Source: Eledone cirrhosa (Eukaryota). Taken from it: a stretch of DNA of 64,000 nucleotides. The notes under the pieces are model-generated. The model had not been told where the DNA came from and did not search any database. It saw only the letters and a list, made by a program, of their open reading frames with translations. Positions 13,701 through 25,000 of this stretch are shown piece by piece. The translations under genes were made by a program, and so were the position numbers. How positions within the stretch are numbered: position 1 is the stretch's first letter; every line of letters begins with the position of its first letter. The stretch lies in assembly GCA_964016885.1 (NCBI GenBank), contig OZ024743.1, positions 134,726,001 to 134,790,000 on the forward strand, given 5' to 3'.

Positions 13701-16700
13701 TTTGGTGTTTGGTGCTTGGTGCTTGGTGTTTGGTGTTTGGTGTTTGGTGCTTGGTGCTTGGTGTTTGGTGATTGGTGCTTGGTACTTGTGTTTGGTGCTC
13801 GGTGCTTGGTGCTTGGTGTTTCGTGCTTGGTGCTTGGTGTTTGGTGCTTGGTGCTTGGTGTTTGTTGCTTGGTGCTTGGTGCTTGGTGTTTGGTGCTAGG
13901 TGCTTGGTGTTTGGTGTTTGGTGTTTGGTGCTTGGTGCTTGGTGCTTGGTGTTTGGTGCTTGGTGCTTGGTGTTTTGTGTTTGGTGCTTGGTTCTTGGTG
14001 TTTGGTGTTTGGTGATTGGTGCTTGGTGTTTGGTGCTTGGTGTTTGGTGCTTGGTGCTTGGTGATTGGTGTTTGCTGCTTGGTGCTTGGTGTTTGGTGTT
14101 TGGTGCTTGGAGCTTGGTGTTTGGTGTTTGGTGCTTGGTGCTTGGTGTTTGGTGCTTGGTGCTTGGTGTTGTTGTTTGATGCTTGGTACTTGGTGCTTGG
14201 TGTTTGGTGTTTGGTGTTTGCTGTTTGCTGTTTGGTGTTTGCCGTTTGGTGTTTGCTGTTTGGTGTTTGGTGTTTGGTGTTTGGTGTTTGGTGCTTTGTG
14301 CTTGGTGCTTGGTGCTTGCTGCTTGGTGCTTGGTGCCTGGTGTTTGGTGTTTGGTGTTTGGTGCTTGGTGCTTGGTGCTTTGTGTTTTTTGCTTGGTGCT
14401 TGGTGCTTGGTCCTTGGTGCCTGGTGTTTGGTGTTTGGTGCTTGGTTCTTGGTGTTTGGTGTTTGGTGCTTGGTGCTTGGTGTTTGGTGTTTGGTGTTTG
14501 GTGCTTGGTGCTTGGTGTTTGGTGATTGGTGCTTGGTACTTGGTGTTTGGTGCTCGGTGCTTGGTGCTTGGTGTTTAGTGCTTGGTGCTTGGTTTTTGGT
14601 GTTTGGTGCTTGGTGCTTGGTGTTTGGTGCTTGGTGCTTGGTGCTTGGTGTTTGGTGTTTGCTGTTTGGTGTTCGCTGTTTGGTGTTTGGTGTTTCCTGT
14701 TTGGTGTTTGGTGTTTGCGGTTTGGTGTTTGCTATTTGGTGTTTGGTGTTTGGCGTTTGATGTTTGGCATTTGTTGTTTGTTGTTTGCTGTTTGATGTTT
14801 GGTGTTTGGTGTTTGGTGTTTGCTGTTTGATGTTTGGTGATTGGTGTTTGATGTTTGGTGTTTGGTGCTTGGTGCTTGGTGCTTGGTGCTTAGTGTTTTA
14901 TGTTTAGCGCTTGGTGTTTGGTGCTTTGTGCTTGGTGTTTGGTGTTTGGTGCTTAGTGCTTGGTGTTTGGTGTTTGGTGCTTTGTGCTTGGTGCTTGGTG
15001 CTTGCTGCTTGGTGCTTGGTGCCTGGTGTTTGGTGTTTGGTGTTTGGTGCTTGGTGCTTGGTGCTTTGTGTTTTTTGCTTGGTGCTTGGTGCTTGGTGCT
15101 TGGTGCCTGGTGTTTGGTGTTTGGTGTTTGGTGCTTGTTGCTTGGTGTTTGGTATTTGGTGCTTGGTGCTTGGTGCTTCGTGCTTGGTATTTGGTGTTTG
15201 GTGCTTGGTGCTTGGTGTTTGGTGTTTGGTGCTTCGTGCTTGGTGTTTCGTGATTGGTGCTTGGTGCTTGGTGCTTGGTGTCTGGTGCTTGGTGCTTGGT
15301 GTTTGGTGTTTGGTGCTTGGTGCTTGGTGTTTGGTGTTTGGTGTTTGGTGCTTGGTGCTTGGTACTTGGTGTTTGGTGCTTGGTGCTTGGTGCTTGGTGC
15401 TTGGTGCTTGCTGTTTGGTGTTTAGTGCTTGGTGCTTGGTATTTGGTGTTTGGCGCTTGGCGCTTGGTGTTTGGTGTTTGGTGCTTGGTGCTTGGTGCTT
15501 GTGTTTGGTGCTTGGTGCTTGGTGCTTGGTGTTTTGTGCTTGGTGGTTGGTGCTTGGTGTTTGGTACTTTGTTCTTGGTGTTTGGTGTTTGGCGCTTGGT
15601 GCTTGGTGTTTGGTGCTTGGTGCTTGGTGTTTGGTGTTTGGTGCTTGGTGCTTGGTGCTTGGAGCTTGGTGCTTGGTGCTTGGTTCTGGGTGCTTGGTGC
15701 TTGGTGCTTGTTATTTGGTGCTTGGGGCTTGGTGATTGGTGTTTGGTGCTTGGTGCTTGGTGCTTGGTGCTTGGTGTTTGGTGCTTGGTGTTTGGTGCTT
15801 GGTGCTTGGTGCTAGGAGTTTGGTGTTTGGTGTTTGGCGATTGGTGCTTGGTGTTTGGTGATTGGTGCTTGGTGTTTGGTGTTTGGTGCTTGGTGCTTGG
15901 TGTTTGGTGTTTGGTGCTTGGCGCTTGGTGTTTGGTGTTTGGCGCTTGGCGTTTGCTGTTTGGCGTTTGCTGGTTGGTGTTTTGTGTTTTCTGTTTGCTG
16001 TTTGGTGTTTGCTGGTTGGTGTTTGATATTTGGTGTTTGGTGTTTGCTGTTTGGAGTTTGGTGTTTAGTGTTTGCTGTTTGGTGTTTGGTGTTTGGTGTT
16101 TGGTACTTGGGGCTTGGTGTTTGCTCTTTGGTGCTTGGTGATTGGTTTTTGGTGTTTGGTGCTTCGTGCTTGGTGTATGGTGCTTGGTGCTAGGTGTTTG
16201 GTGTTTGGTGTTTGGTGCTTGGTGCTTGGTGTTTGGTGATTAGTGCTTGGTACTTGGTGTTTAGTGCTCGGTGCTTGGTGCTTGGTGTTTCGTGCTTGGT
16301 GCTTGGTGTTTGGTGCTTGGTGCTTGGTGTTTGTTGCTTGGTGCTTGGTGGTTGGTGTTTGGTGCTAGGTGCTTGGTGTTTGGTGTTTGGTGTTTGGTGC
16401 TTGGTGCTTGGTGCTTGGTGTTTGGTGCTTGGTGCTTGGTGTTTTGTGTTTGGTGTTTGGTTCTTGGTGTTTGGTGTTTGGTGATTGGTGCTTGGTGTTT
16501 GGTGTTTGGCGCTTGGTGCTTGGTGTTTTGTGCTTGGTGCTTGGTGTTTGGTGTTTGCTGTTTGCTGTTCGCTGTTTGGTGTTTGGTGTTTCCTGTTTGG
16601 TGTTTGGTGTTTGCGGTTTGGTGTTTGCTATTTGGTGTTTGATGTTTGGTGTTTGGTGTTTGGTGTTTGCTGTTTGATGTTTGGTGATTGGTGTTTGATG

Positions 16701-19700
16701 TTTGGTGTTTGGTGCTTGGTGCTTGGTGCTTGGTGCTTAGTGTTTTATGTTTAGCGCTTGGTGCTTGGTGTTTTGTGCTTGGTGCTTGGTGCTTGGTGTT
16801 TGGTGCTTGGTTCTTGGTGTTTGGTGTTTGGTGATTGGTGCTTGGTGTTTGGTGCTTGGGGTTTGGTGCTTGGTGCTTGGTGATTGGTGCTTGGTGCTTG
16901 GTGTTTGGTGTTTGGTGTTTGGTGCTTGGTGCTTGGTACTTGGTGTTTTGTGTTTGGTGCTTGGTGCTTGGTGCTTGGTGCTTGGTGTTTGGTGCTTGGT
17001 GCTTGATGCTTGGTGCTTGGTGCTTGGTGTTTGGTGCTTAGTGCTTGGTGCTTGGTATTTGGTGTTTGGTGCTTGGTGCTTGGTGTTTGGTGTTTGGTGT
17101 TTGGTGCTTGGTGCTTGGTGTTTGGTGATTGGTGCTTGGTACTTGGTGTTTGGTGCTCGGTGCTTGGTGCTTGGTGTTTCGTGCTTGCTGCTTGGTGTTT
17201 GGTGCTTGGTGCTTGGTGTTTGTTGCTTGGTGCTTGGTGCTTGGTGTTTGGTGCTTGGTGCTTGGTGTTTGGTGTTTGGTGTTTGGTGCTTGGTGCTTGG
17301 TGCTTGGTGCTTGGTGTTTTGTGCTTGGAGCCTGGTGTTTGGTGTTTGGTGCTTGGTGCTTGGTGTTTGGTGTTTGGTGCTTGGTGCTTGGTGTTTGGTG
17401 TTTGGTGCTTCATGCTTGGTGTTTGGTGCTTGGTGCTTGGTGTTGTTGTTTGGTGCTTGGTGCTTGGTGCTTGGTGTTTGGTGTTTGGTGTTTGCTGTTT
17501 GCTGTTTGGTGTTTGCTGTTTGGTGTTTGCTGTTTGGTGTTTGGTGTTTGGTGTTTGGTGTTTGCTGCTTGGTGCTTTGTTTTTGCTCTTTGGTGCTTTG
17601 TGCTTGGTGTTTGGTGTTTGGTGCTTAGTGCTTGGTGTTTGGTGTTTGGTGCTTGGTGCTTGGTGCTTGGTGCTTGCTGCTTGGTGCTTGGTGCCTGGTG
17701 TTTGGTGTTTGGTGTTTGGTGCTTGGTGCTTGGTGATTTGTGTTTTTTGCTTGGTGCTTGGTGATTGGTGCTTGGTGCCTGGTGTTTTGTGTTTGGTGTT
17801 TGGTGCTTGGTGCTTGGTGTTTGGAGTTTTGTGCTTGGTGCTAGGTGTTTGGTGTTTGGTGCTTGGCGTTTGCTGTTTGGCATTTGGGGTTTGGCATTTG
17901 CTGTTTGGCGTTTGGGGTTTGGCGTTTGCTTTTTGGCGTTTGCTGTTTGGTGTTTGGTGTTTGCTGTTTGCTGTTTGGTGTTTGCTGTTTGGTGTTTGCT
18001 GTTTGGTGTTTGCTGTTTGGTGTTTGCTGTTTGGTGCTTGGTGCTTGGTGTTTGGTGCATGGTGCTTGGTGCTTGGTGCTTGGTGTTTGGGGCTTGGTGC
18101 TTGGTGTTGGGTGCTTGGGACTTGGTGCTTGGTGTTTGGTGCTTGGTGTTTGGTGTTTGGTGCTTGGTGCTTGGTGTTTGGTGTTTGGTGCTTGGTATTT
18201 GCTGTTTGGTGCTTGGTGCTTGGTGTTTGGTGCTTGGTGCTTGGTGCTTGGTGTTTGGTGCTTGGTGCTTGGTGCTTGGTGCTTGATGCTTGGTGCTTGT
18301 TGCTTGGTGTTTAGTGCTTGGTGCTTGGTGTTTGGTGCTTGGTGCTTGGTGCTTGGTGTTTGGTGATTGGTGCTTGGTGTTTGGTGCTTGGTACTTGGTG
18401 GTTGGTGTTTGGTGTTTGGTGCTTGGTGCTTGGTGCTTGGTGTCTGGTGCTTGGTGCTTGGTGTTTGGTGTTTGGTGCTTGGTGCTTGGTGTTTGGTGTT
18501 TGGTGTTTGGTGCTTGGTGCTTGGTACTTGGTGTTTTGTGTTTGGTGCTTGGTGTTTGGTGCTTGGTGCTTGCTGCTTGGTGTTTGGTGTTTGGTGTTTG
18601 GTGCTTGGTGCTTGGTGTTTGGTGTTTAGTGCTTGGTGCTTGGTATTTGGTGTTTGGCGGTTGGTGATTGGTGTTTGGTGTTTGGTGCTTGGTGTTTGGT
18701 GCTTGGTGCTTGGTGTTTGGTGTTTGGCGCTTGGTGCTTGGTCTTTTGTGCTTGGTGCTTGGTGCTTGGTGTTTGGTGTTTGCTGTTTGTTGTTCGCTGT
18801 TTGGTGTTTGGTGTTTCCTGTTTGGTGTTTGGTGTTTGCGGTTTGGTGTTTGCTATTTGGTGTTTGGTGTTTGGCGTTTGATGTTTGGCATTTGTTGTTT
18901 GTTGTTTGCTGTTTGGTGTTTGATGTTTGGTGTTTGGTGTTTGGTGTTTGCTGTTTGATGTTTGGTGATTGGTGTTTGATGTTTGGTGTTTGGTGCTTGG
19001 TGCTTGGTGCTTGGTGCTTAGTGTTTTATGTTTAGCGCTTGGTGCTTGGTGTTTTGTGCTTGGTGCTTGGTGCTTGGTGTTTGGTGCTTGGTGCTTGGTA
19101 TTTGGTGTTTGGTGCTTGGTTCTTGGTGTTTGGTGTTTGGTGCTTGGTGCTTGGTGTTTGGTGTTTGGTGTTTGGTGCTTGGTGCTTGGTGTTTGGTGAT
19201 TGGTGCTTGGTACTTGTGTTTGGTGCTCGGTGCTTGGTGCTTGGTGTTTCGTGCTTGGTGCTTGGTGTTTGGTGCTTGGTGCTTGGTGTTTGTTGCTTGG
19301 TGCTTGGTGCTTGGTGTTTGGTGCTAGGTGCTTGGTGTTTGGTGTTTGGTGTTTGGTGCTTGGTGCTTGGTGCTTGGTGTTTGGTGCTTGGTGCTTGGTG
19401 TTTTGTGTTTGGTGCTTGGTTCTTGGTGTTTGGTGTTTGGTGATTGGTGCTTGGTGTTTGGTGCTTGGTGTTTGGTGCTTGGTGCTTGGTGATTGGTGTT
19501 TGCTGCTTGGTGCTTGGTGTTTGGTGTTTGGTGCTTGGAGCTTGGTGTTTGGTGTTTGGTGCTTGGTGCTTGGTGTTTGGTGCTTGGTGCTTGGTGTTGT
19601 TGTTTGATGCTTGGTACTTGGTGCTTGGTGTTTGGTGTTTGGTGTTTGCTGTTTGCTGTTTGGTGTTTGCCGTTTGGTGTTTGCTGTTTGGTGTTTGGTG

Positions 19701-21610
19701 TTTGGTGTTTGGTGTTTGGTGCTTTGTGCTTGGTGCTTGGTGCTTGCTGCTTGGTGCTTGGTGCCTGGTGTTTGGTGTTTGGTGTTTGGTGCTTGGTGCT
19801 TGGTGCTTTGTGTTTTTTGCTTGGTGCTTGGTGCTTGGTCCTTGGTGCCTGGTGTTTGGTGTTTGGTGCTTGGTTCTTGGTGTTTGGTGTTTGGTGCTTG
19901 GTGCTTGGTGTTTGGTGTTTGGTGTTTGGTGCTTGGTGCTTGGTGTTTGGTGATTGGTGCTTGGTACTTGGTGTTTGGTGCTCGGTGCTTGGTGCTTGGT
20001 GTTTAGTGCTTGGTGCTTGGTTTTTGGTGTTTGGTGCTTGGTGCTTGGTGTTTGGTGCTTGGTGCTTGGTGCTTGGTGTTTGGTGTTTGCTGTTTGGTGT
20101 TCGCTGTTTGGTGTTTGGTGTTTCCTGTTTGGTGTTTGGTGTTTGCGGTTTGGTGTTTGCTATTTGGTGTTTGGTGTTTGGCGTTTGATGTTTGGCATTT
20201 GTTGTTTGTTGTTTGCTGTTTGATGTTTGGTGTTTGGTGTTTGGTGTTTGCTGTTTGATGTTTGGTGATTGGTGTTTGATGTTTGGTGTTTGGTGCTTGG
20301 TGCTTGGTGCTTGGTGCTTAGTGTTTTATGTTTAGCGCTTGGTGTTTGGTGCTTTGTGCTTGGTGTTTGGTGTTTGGTGCTTAGTGCTTGGTGTTTGGTG
20401 TTTGGTGCTTTGTGCTTGGTGCTTGGTGCTTGCTGCTTGGTGCTTGGTGCCTGGTGTTTGGTGTTTGGTGTTTGGTGCTTGGTGCTTGGTGCTTTGTGTT
20501 TTTTGCTTGGTGCTTGGTGCTTGGTGCTTGGTGCCTGGTGTTTGGTGTTTGGTGTTTGGTGCTTGTTGCTTGGTGTTTGGTATTTGGTGCTTGGTGCTTG
20601 GTGCTTCGTGCTTGGTATTTGGTGTTTGGTGCTTGGTGCTTGGTGTTTGGTGTTTGGTGCTTCGTGCTTGGTGTTTCGTGATTGGTGCTTGGTGCTTGGT
20701 GCTTGGTGTCTGGTGCTTGGTGCTTGGTGTTTGGTGTTTGGTGCTTGGTGCTTGGTGTTTGGTGTTTGGTGTTTGGTGCTTGGTGCTTGGTACTTGGTGT
20801 TTGGTGCTTGGTGCTTGGTGCTTGGTGCTTGGTGCTTGCTGTTTGGTGTTTAGTGCTTGGTGCTTGGTATTTGGTGTTTGGCGCTTGGCGCTTGGTGTTT
20901 GGTGTTTGGTGCTTGGTGCTTGGTGCTTGTGTTTGGTGCTTGGTGCTTGGTGCTTGGTGTTTTGTGCTTGGTGGTTGGTGCTTGGTGTTTGGTACTTTGT
21001 TCTTGGTGTTTGGTGTTTGGCGCTTGGTGCTTGGTGTTTGGTGCTTGGTGCTTGGTGTTTGGTGTTTGGTGCTTGGTGCTTGGTGCTTGGAGCTTGGTGC
21101 TTGGTGCTTGGTTCTGGGTGCTTGGTGCTTGGTGCTTGTTATTTGGTGCTTGGGGCTTGGTGATTGGTGTTTGGTGCTTGGTGCTTGGTGCTTGGTGCTT
21201 GGTGTTTGGTGCTTGGTGTTTGGTGCTTGGTGCTTGGTGCTAGGAGTTTGGTGTTTGGTGTTTGGCGATTGGTGCTTGGTGTTTGGTGATTGGTGCTTGG
21301 TGTTTGGTGTTTGGTGCTTGGTGCTTGGTGTTTGGTGTTTGGTGCTTGGCGCTTGGTGTTTGGTGTTTGGCGCTTGGCGTTTGCTGTTTGGCGTTTGCTG
21401 GTTGGTGTTTTGTGTTTTCTGTTTGCTGTTTGGTGTTTGCTGGTTGGTGTTTGATATTTGGTGTTTGGTGTTTGCTGTTTGGAGTTTGGTGTTTAGTGTT
21501 TGCTGTTTGGTGTTTGGTGTTTGGTGTTTGGTACTTGGGGCTTGGTGTTTGCTCTTTGGTGCTTGGTGATTGGTTTTTGGTGTTTGGTGCTTCGTGCTTG
21601 GTGTATGGTG
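10750..21610 (+). repeat. 5428-bp tandem segmental duplication, two apparently identical copies
   Basis: ORFs across 10766-15834 recur at +5428 with the same translation (10766/16194, 11582/17010, 12939/18367, 14911/20339, 15254/20682). The match begins at ~10750/16178 and ends at ~16182/21610, just after GGTGTATGGTG. Confidence 0.9.
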
Positions 21611-23439
21611 TTTGGTGCTTGGTGCTTGCTGCTTGGTGCTTGGTGTTTGGTGTTTGGTGCTTGGTGCTTGGTGTTTGGTGTTTGTTGCTTGGTTCTGGGT
21701 GCTTGGTGCTTGGTGCTTGGTGTTTGGTGCGTGGGGCTTGGTGATTGGTGTTTGGTGCTTGGTGCTTGGTGCTTGGTGCTTGGTGTTTGGTGCTTGGTGT
21801 TTGGTGCTTAGTGCTTGGTGCTAGGAGTTTGGTGTTTGGTGTTTGGCGCTTGGTGCTTGGTGTTTGGTGATTGGTGCTTGGTGTTTGGTGTTTGGTGCTT
21901 GGCGCTTGGTGTTTGGTGTTTGGTGCTTGGCGTTTGCTGTTTGGCGTTTGGGGTTTGGCATTTGCTGTTTGAAGTATGGGGTTTGGCATTTGCTTTTTGG
22001 CGTTTGCTGTTTGGTGTTTGGTGTTTGCTGTTTGCTGTTTGGTGTTTGCTGTTTGGTGTTTGTGGTTTGGTGTTTGGTGCTTGGTGCTTGGTGTTTGGTG
22101 TTTGGTGCTTGGTGCTTGGTGTTTGGTGTTTGGTGCCTGGTGCTTGGTGCTTGGTGTTTGGTGCTTGGTGCTTGGTGCTTGGTGCTTGATGCTTGGTGTT
22201 TGGTGCTTGGTGTTTGCTGTTTGGTGCTTGATGCTTGGTGTTTGGGGCTTGGTGCCTGGTGCTTGGTGCTTGGTGTTTGGTGCTTGGTGCTTGGTGCTTG
22301 GTGTTTGATGCTTGGTGCTTGGTGCTTGGTGTTTAGTGCTTGGTGCTTGGTTTTTGGTGTTTTGGTGCTTGGTGCTTGGTGTTTGGTGCTTGCTGTTTGG
22401 TGCTTGGTGTTTGGTGCTTGGTGCTTGGTGCTTGGTGTTTGGTGCTTCGTGTTTGGTGCTTGGTGCTTGGTGTTTGGTGCTTGGTGCTTGGTGCTTGGTG
22501 TTTGGTGCTTGGTGCTTGGTGCTTGGTGTTTGGTGTTTGGTGCTTGGTGCTTGGTGTTTTGTGTTTGGTGCTTGGTGTTTGGTGCTTGGAGCTTGGTGCT
22601 TGGTTTTTGGTGCTTGGTGCTTGGTGCTTGGTGCTTGGTGTCTGGTGCTTGGTGCTTGGTGTTTGGTGTTTGGTGCTTGGTGCTTGGTGTTTGGTGCTTG
22701 GGATTTGGTGCTTGGTGCTTGGTGTTTGGTGTTTGGAGTTTGGTGCTTGGTGCTTGGTGTTTGGTGTTTAGTGATTGGTGCTTAATTCTTGGTGTTTGGT
22801 GCTTGGGGCTTGGTGATTGGTGTTTGGTGCTTGGTGCTTGGTATTTGGTGCTTGGTCTTTGGTGCTTGGTGTTTGGTGCTTGGTGCTTGGTGCTTGGTGC
22901 TTGGTGTTTGTTGCTTGGTGCTTGGCGTTTGGTGCTTGGTGCTTCATGCTTGGTGTTTGGTGCATGGTGCTTGGTGCTTGGTGTTTGGTGTTTAGTGCTT
23001 GCTGCTTACTGATTGGTGCTTGTTGCTTGGTGCTTGGTGTTTGGTGCTTGGTGTTTGGTGTTTGGTGTTTGCTGTTTGCTGTTTGCTGTTTGGTGTTTGC
23101 TGTTTGGTGTTTGGTGCTTGGTGCTTGGCGCTTGGTGCTTGGTGTTTGGTGTTTGGCGCTTGGTGCTTGGTGTTTTGTGCTTGGTGCTTGGTGCTTGGTG
23201 TTTGGTGTTTGGTGTTTGTGTTTGCTGTTTGGCGTTTGCTGTTTGGTGTTTGCTGTTTGGTGTTTGCTGGTTGGTGTTTGGTGTTTGCTGTTTGCTGTTT
23301 GGTGTTTGCTGTTTGGTGTTTGATATTTGGTGTTTGGTGTTTGCTGTTTGGTGTTTGGTGTTTAGTGTTTGCTGTTTGGTGTTTGGTGTTTGGTGTTTGG
23401 TGCTTGGGGCTTGGTGTTTGCTCTTTGGTGCTTGGTGAT

Positions 23440-25000
23440 TGGTTTTTGGTGTTTGGTGCTTCGTGCTTGGTGCATGGTGTTTGGTGCTTGGTGCTTGGTG
23501 CTTGGTGCTTGGTGTTTGGTGTTTGGTGCTTGGTGCTTGGTGTTTGGTCTTTGGTGCTTGGTGCTTGGTTCTGGGTGCTTGGTGCTTGGTGCTTGGTGTT
23601 TGGTGCTTGGGGCTTGGTGATTGGTGTTTGGTGTTTGCTGTTTGGTGTTTGCTGTTTGGTGTTTGTGGTTTGGTGTTTGGTGTTTGCTGGTTGGTGTTTG
23701 GTGTTTGGTGTTTGCTGTTTGGTGTTTGCTGTTTGGTGTTTGGTGTTTGGTGTTTGGTGCTTGGTGCTTGGTGTTTGGTGTTTGGTGCTTGGTGTTTGCT
23801 GTTTGGTGCTTGATGATTGGTGTTTGGTGCTTGGTGCTTGGTGCTTGGTGCTTGATGCTTGGTGCTTGGTGCTTGGTGTTTAGTGCTTGGTGCTTGGTTT
23901 TTGGTGTTTTGGTGCTTGGTTCTTGGTTTTTGGTGTTTTGGTGATTGGTTCTTGGTGTTTGGTGCTTCGTGCTTGGTGCATGGTGTTTGGTGCTTGGTGC
24001 TTGGTGCTTGGTGTTTGGTGTTTGGTGCTTGGTGCTTGGTGTTTGGTCTTTGGTGCTTGGTGCTTGGTTCTGGGTGCTTGGTGCTTGGTGCTTGGTGTTT
24101 GGTGCTTGGGGCTTGGTGATTGGTGTTTGGTGTTTGCTGTTTGGTGTTTGCTGTTTGGTGTTTGTGGTTTGGTGTTTGGTGTTTGGTGTTTGCTGGTTGG
24201 TGTTTGGTGTTTGGTGTTTGCTGTTTGGTGTTTGCTGTTTGGTGCTTGGTGTTTGGTGTTTGGTGCTTGGTGCTTGGTGTTTGGTGTTTGGTGCTTGGTG
24301 CTTGGTGTTTGGTGTTTGGTGCTTGGTGTTTGCTGTTTGGTGCTTGATGATTGGTGTTTGGTGCTTGGTGCTTGGTGCTTGGTGCTTGATGCTTGCTGTT
24401 TGGTGCTTGGTGTTTGGTGTTTGGTGCTTGGTGCTTGGTGTTTGGTGTTTTGGTGCTTGGTTCTTGGTTTTTGGTGTTTTGGTGCTTGGTTCTTGGTGTT
24501 TGGTGCTTCGTGCTTGGTGCATGGTGTTTGGTGCTTGGTGCTTGGTGCTTGGTGCTAGGTGTTTGGTGTTTGGTGCTTGGTGCTTGGTGTTTGGTCTTTG
24601 GTGCTTGGTGCTTGGTTCTGGGTGCTTGGTGCTTGGTGCTTGGTGTTTGGTGCTTGGGGCTTGGTGATTGGTGTTTGGTGTTTGCTGTTTGGTGTTTGCT
24701 GTTTGGTGTTTGTGGTTTGGTGTTTGGTGTTTGGTGTTTGCTGGTTGGTGTTTGGTGTTTGGTGTTTGCTGTTTGGTGTTTGCTGTTTGGTGCTTGGTGT
24801 TTGGTGTTTGGTGCTTGGTGCTTGGTGTTTGGTGTTTGGTGCTTGGTGCTTGGTGTTTGGTGCTTGGTGTTTGCTGTTTGGTGCCTGGTGCTTGGTGCTT
24901 CGTGTTTGGTGCTTGGTGCTTGGTGCTTGGTGCTTGATGCTTGGTGCTTGGTGCTTGGTGTTTAGTGCTTGGTGCTTGGTTTTTGGTGTTTTGGTGCTTG
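23440..25000 (+). repeat. Three-copy ~500-550 bp local repeat
   Basis: GGTCTTTGG...GTTCTGGGTGC...GGGGCTTGGTGATTGG...TTTGTGGTTTGG recurs three times. ORF starts at 23621, 24120 and 24668 give offsets of 499 and 548. Confidence 0.75.
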
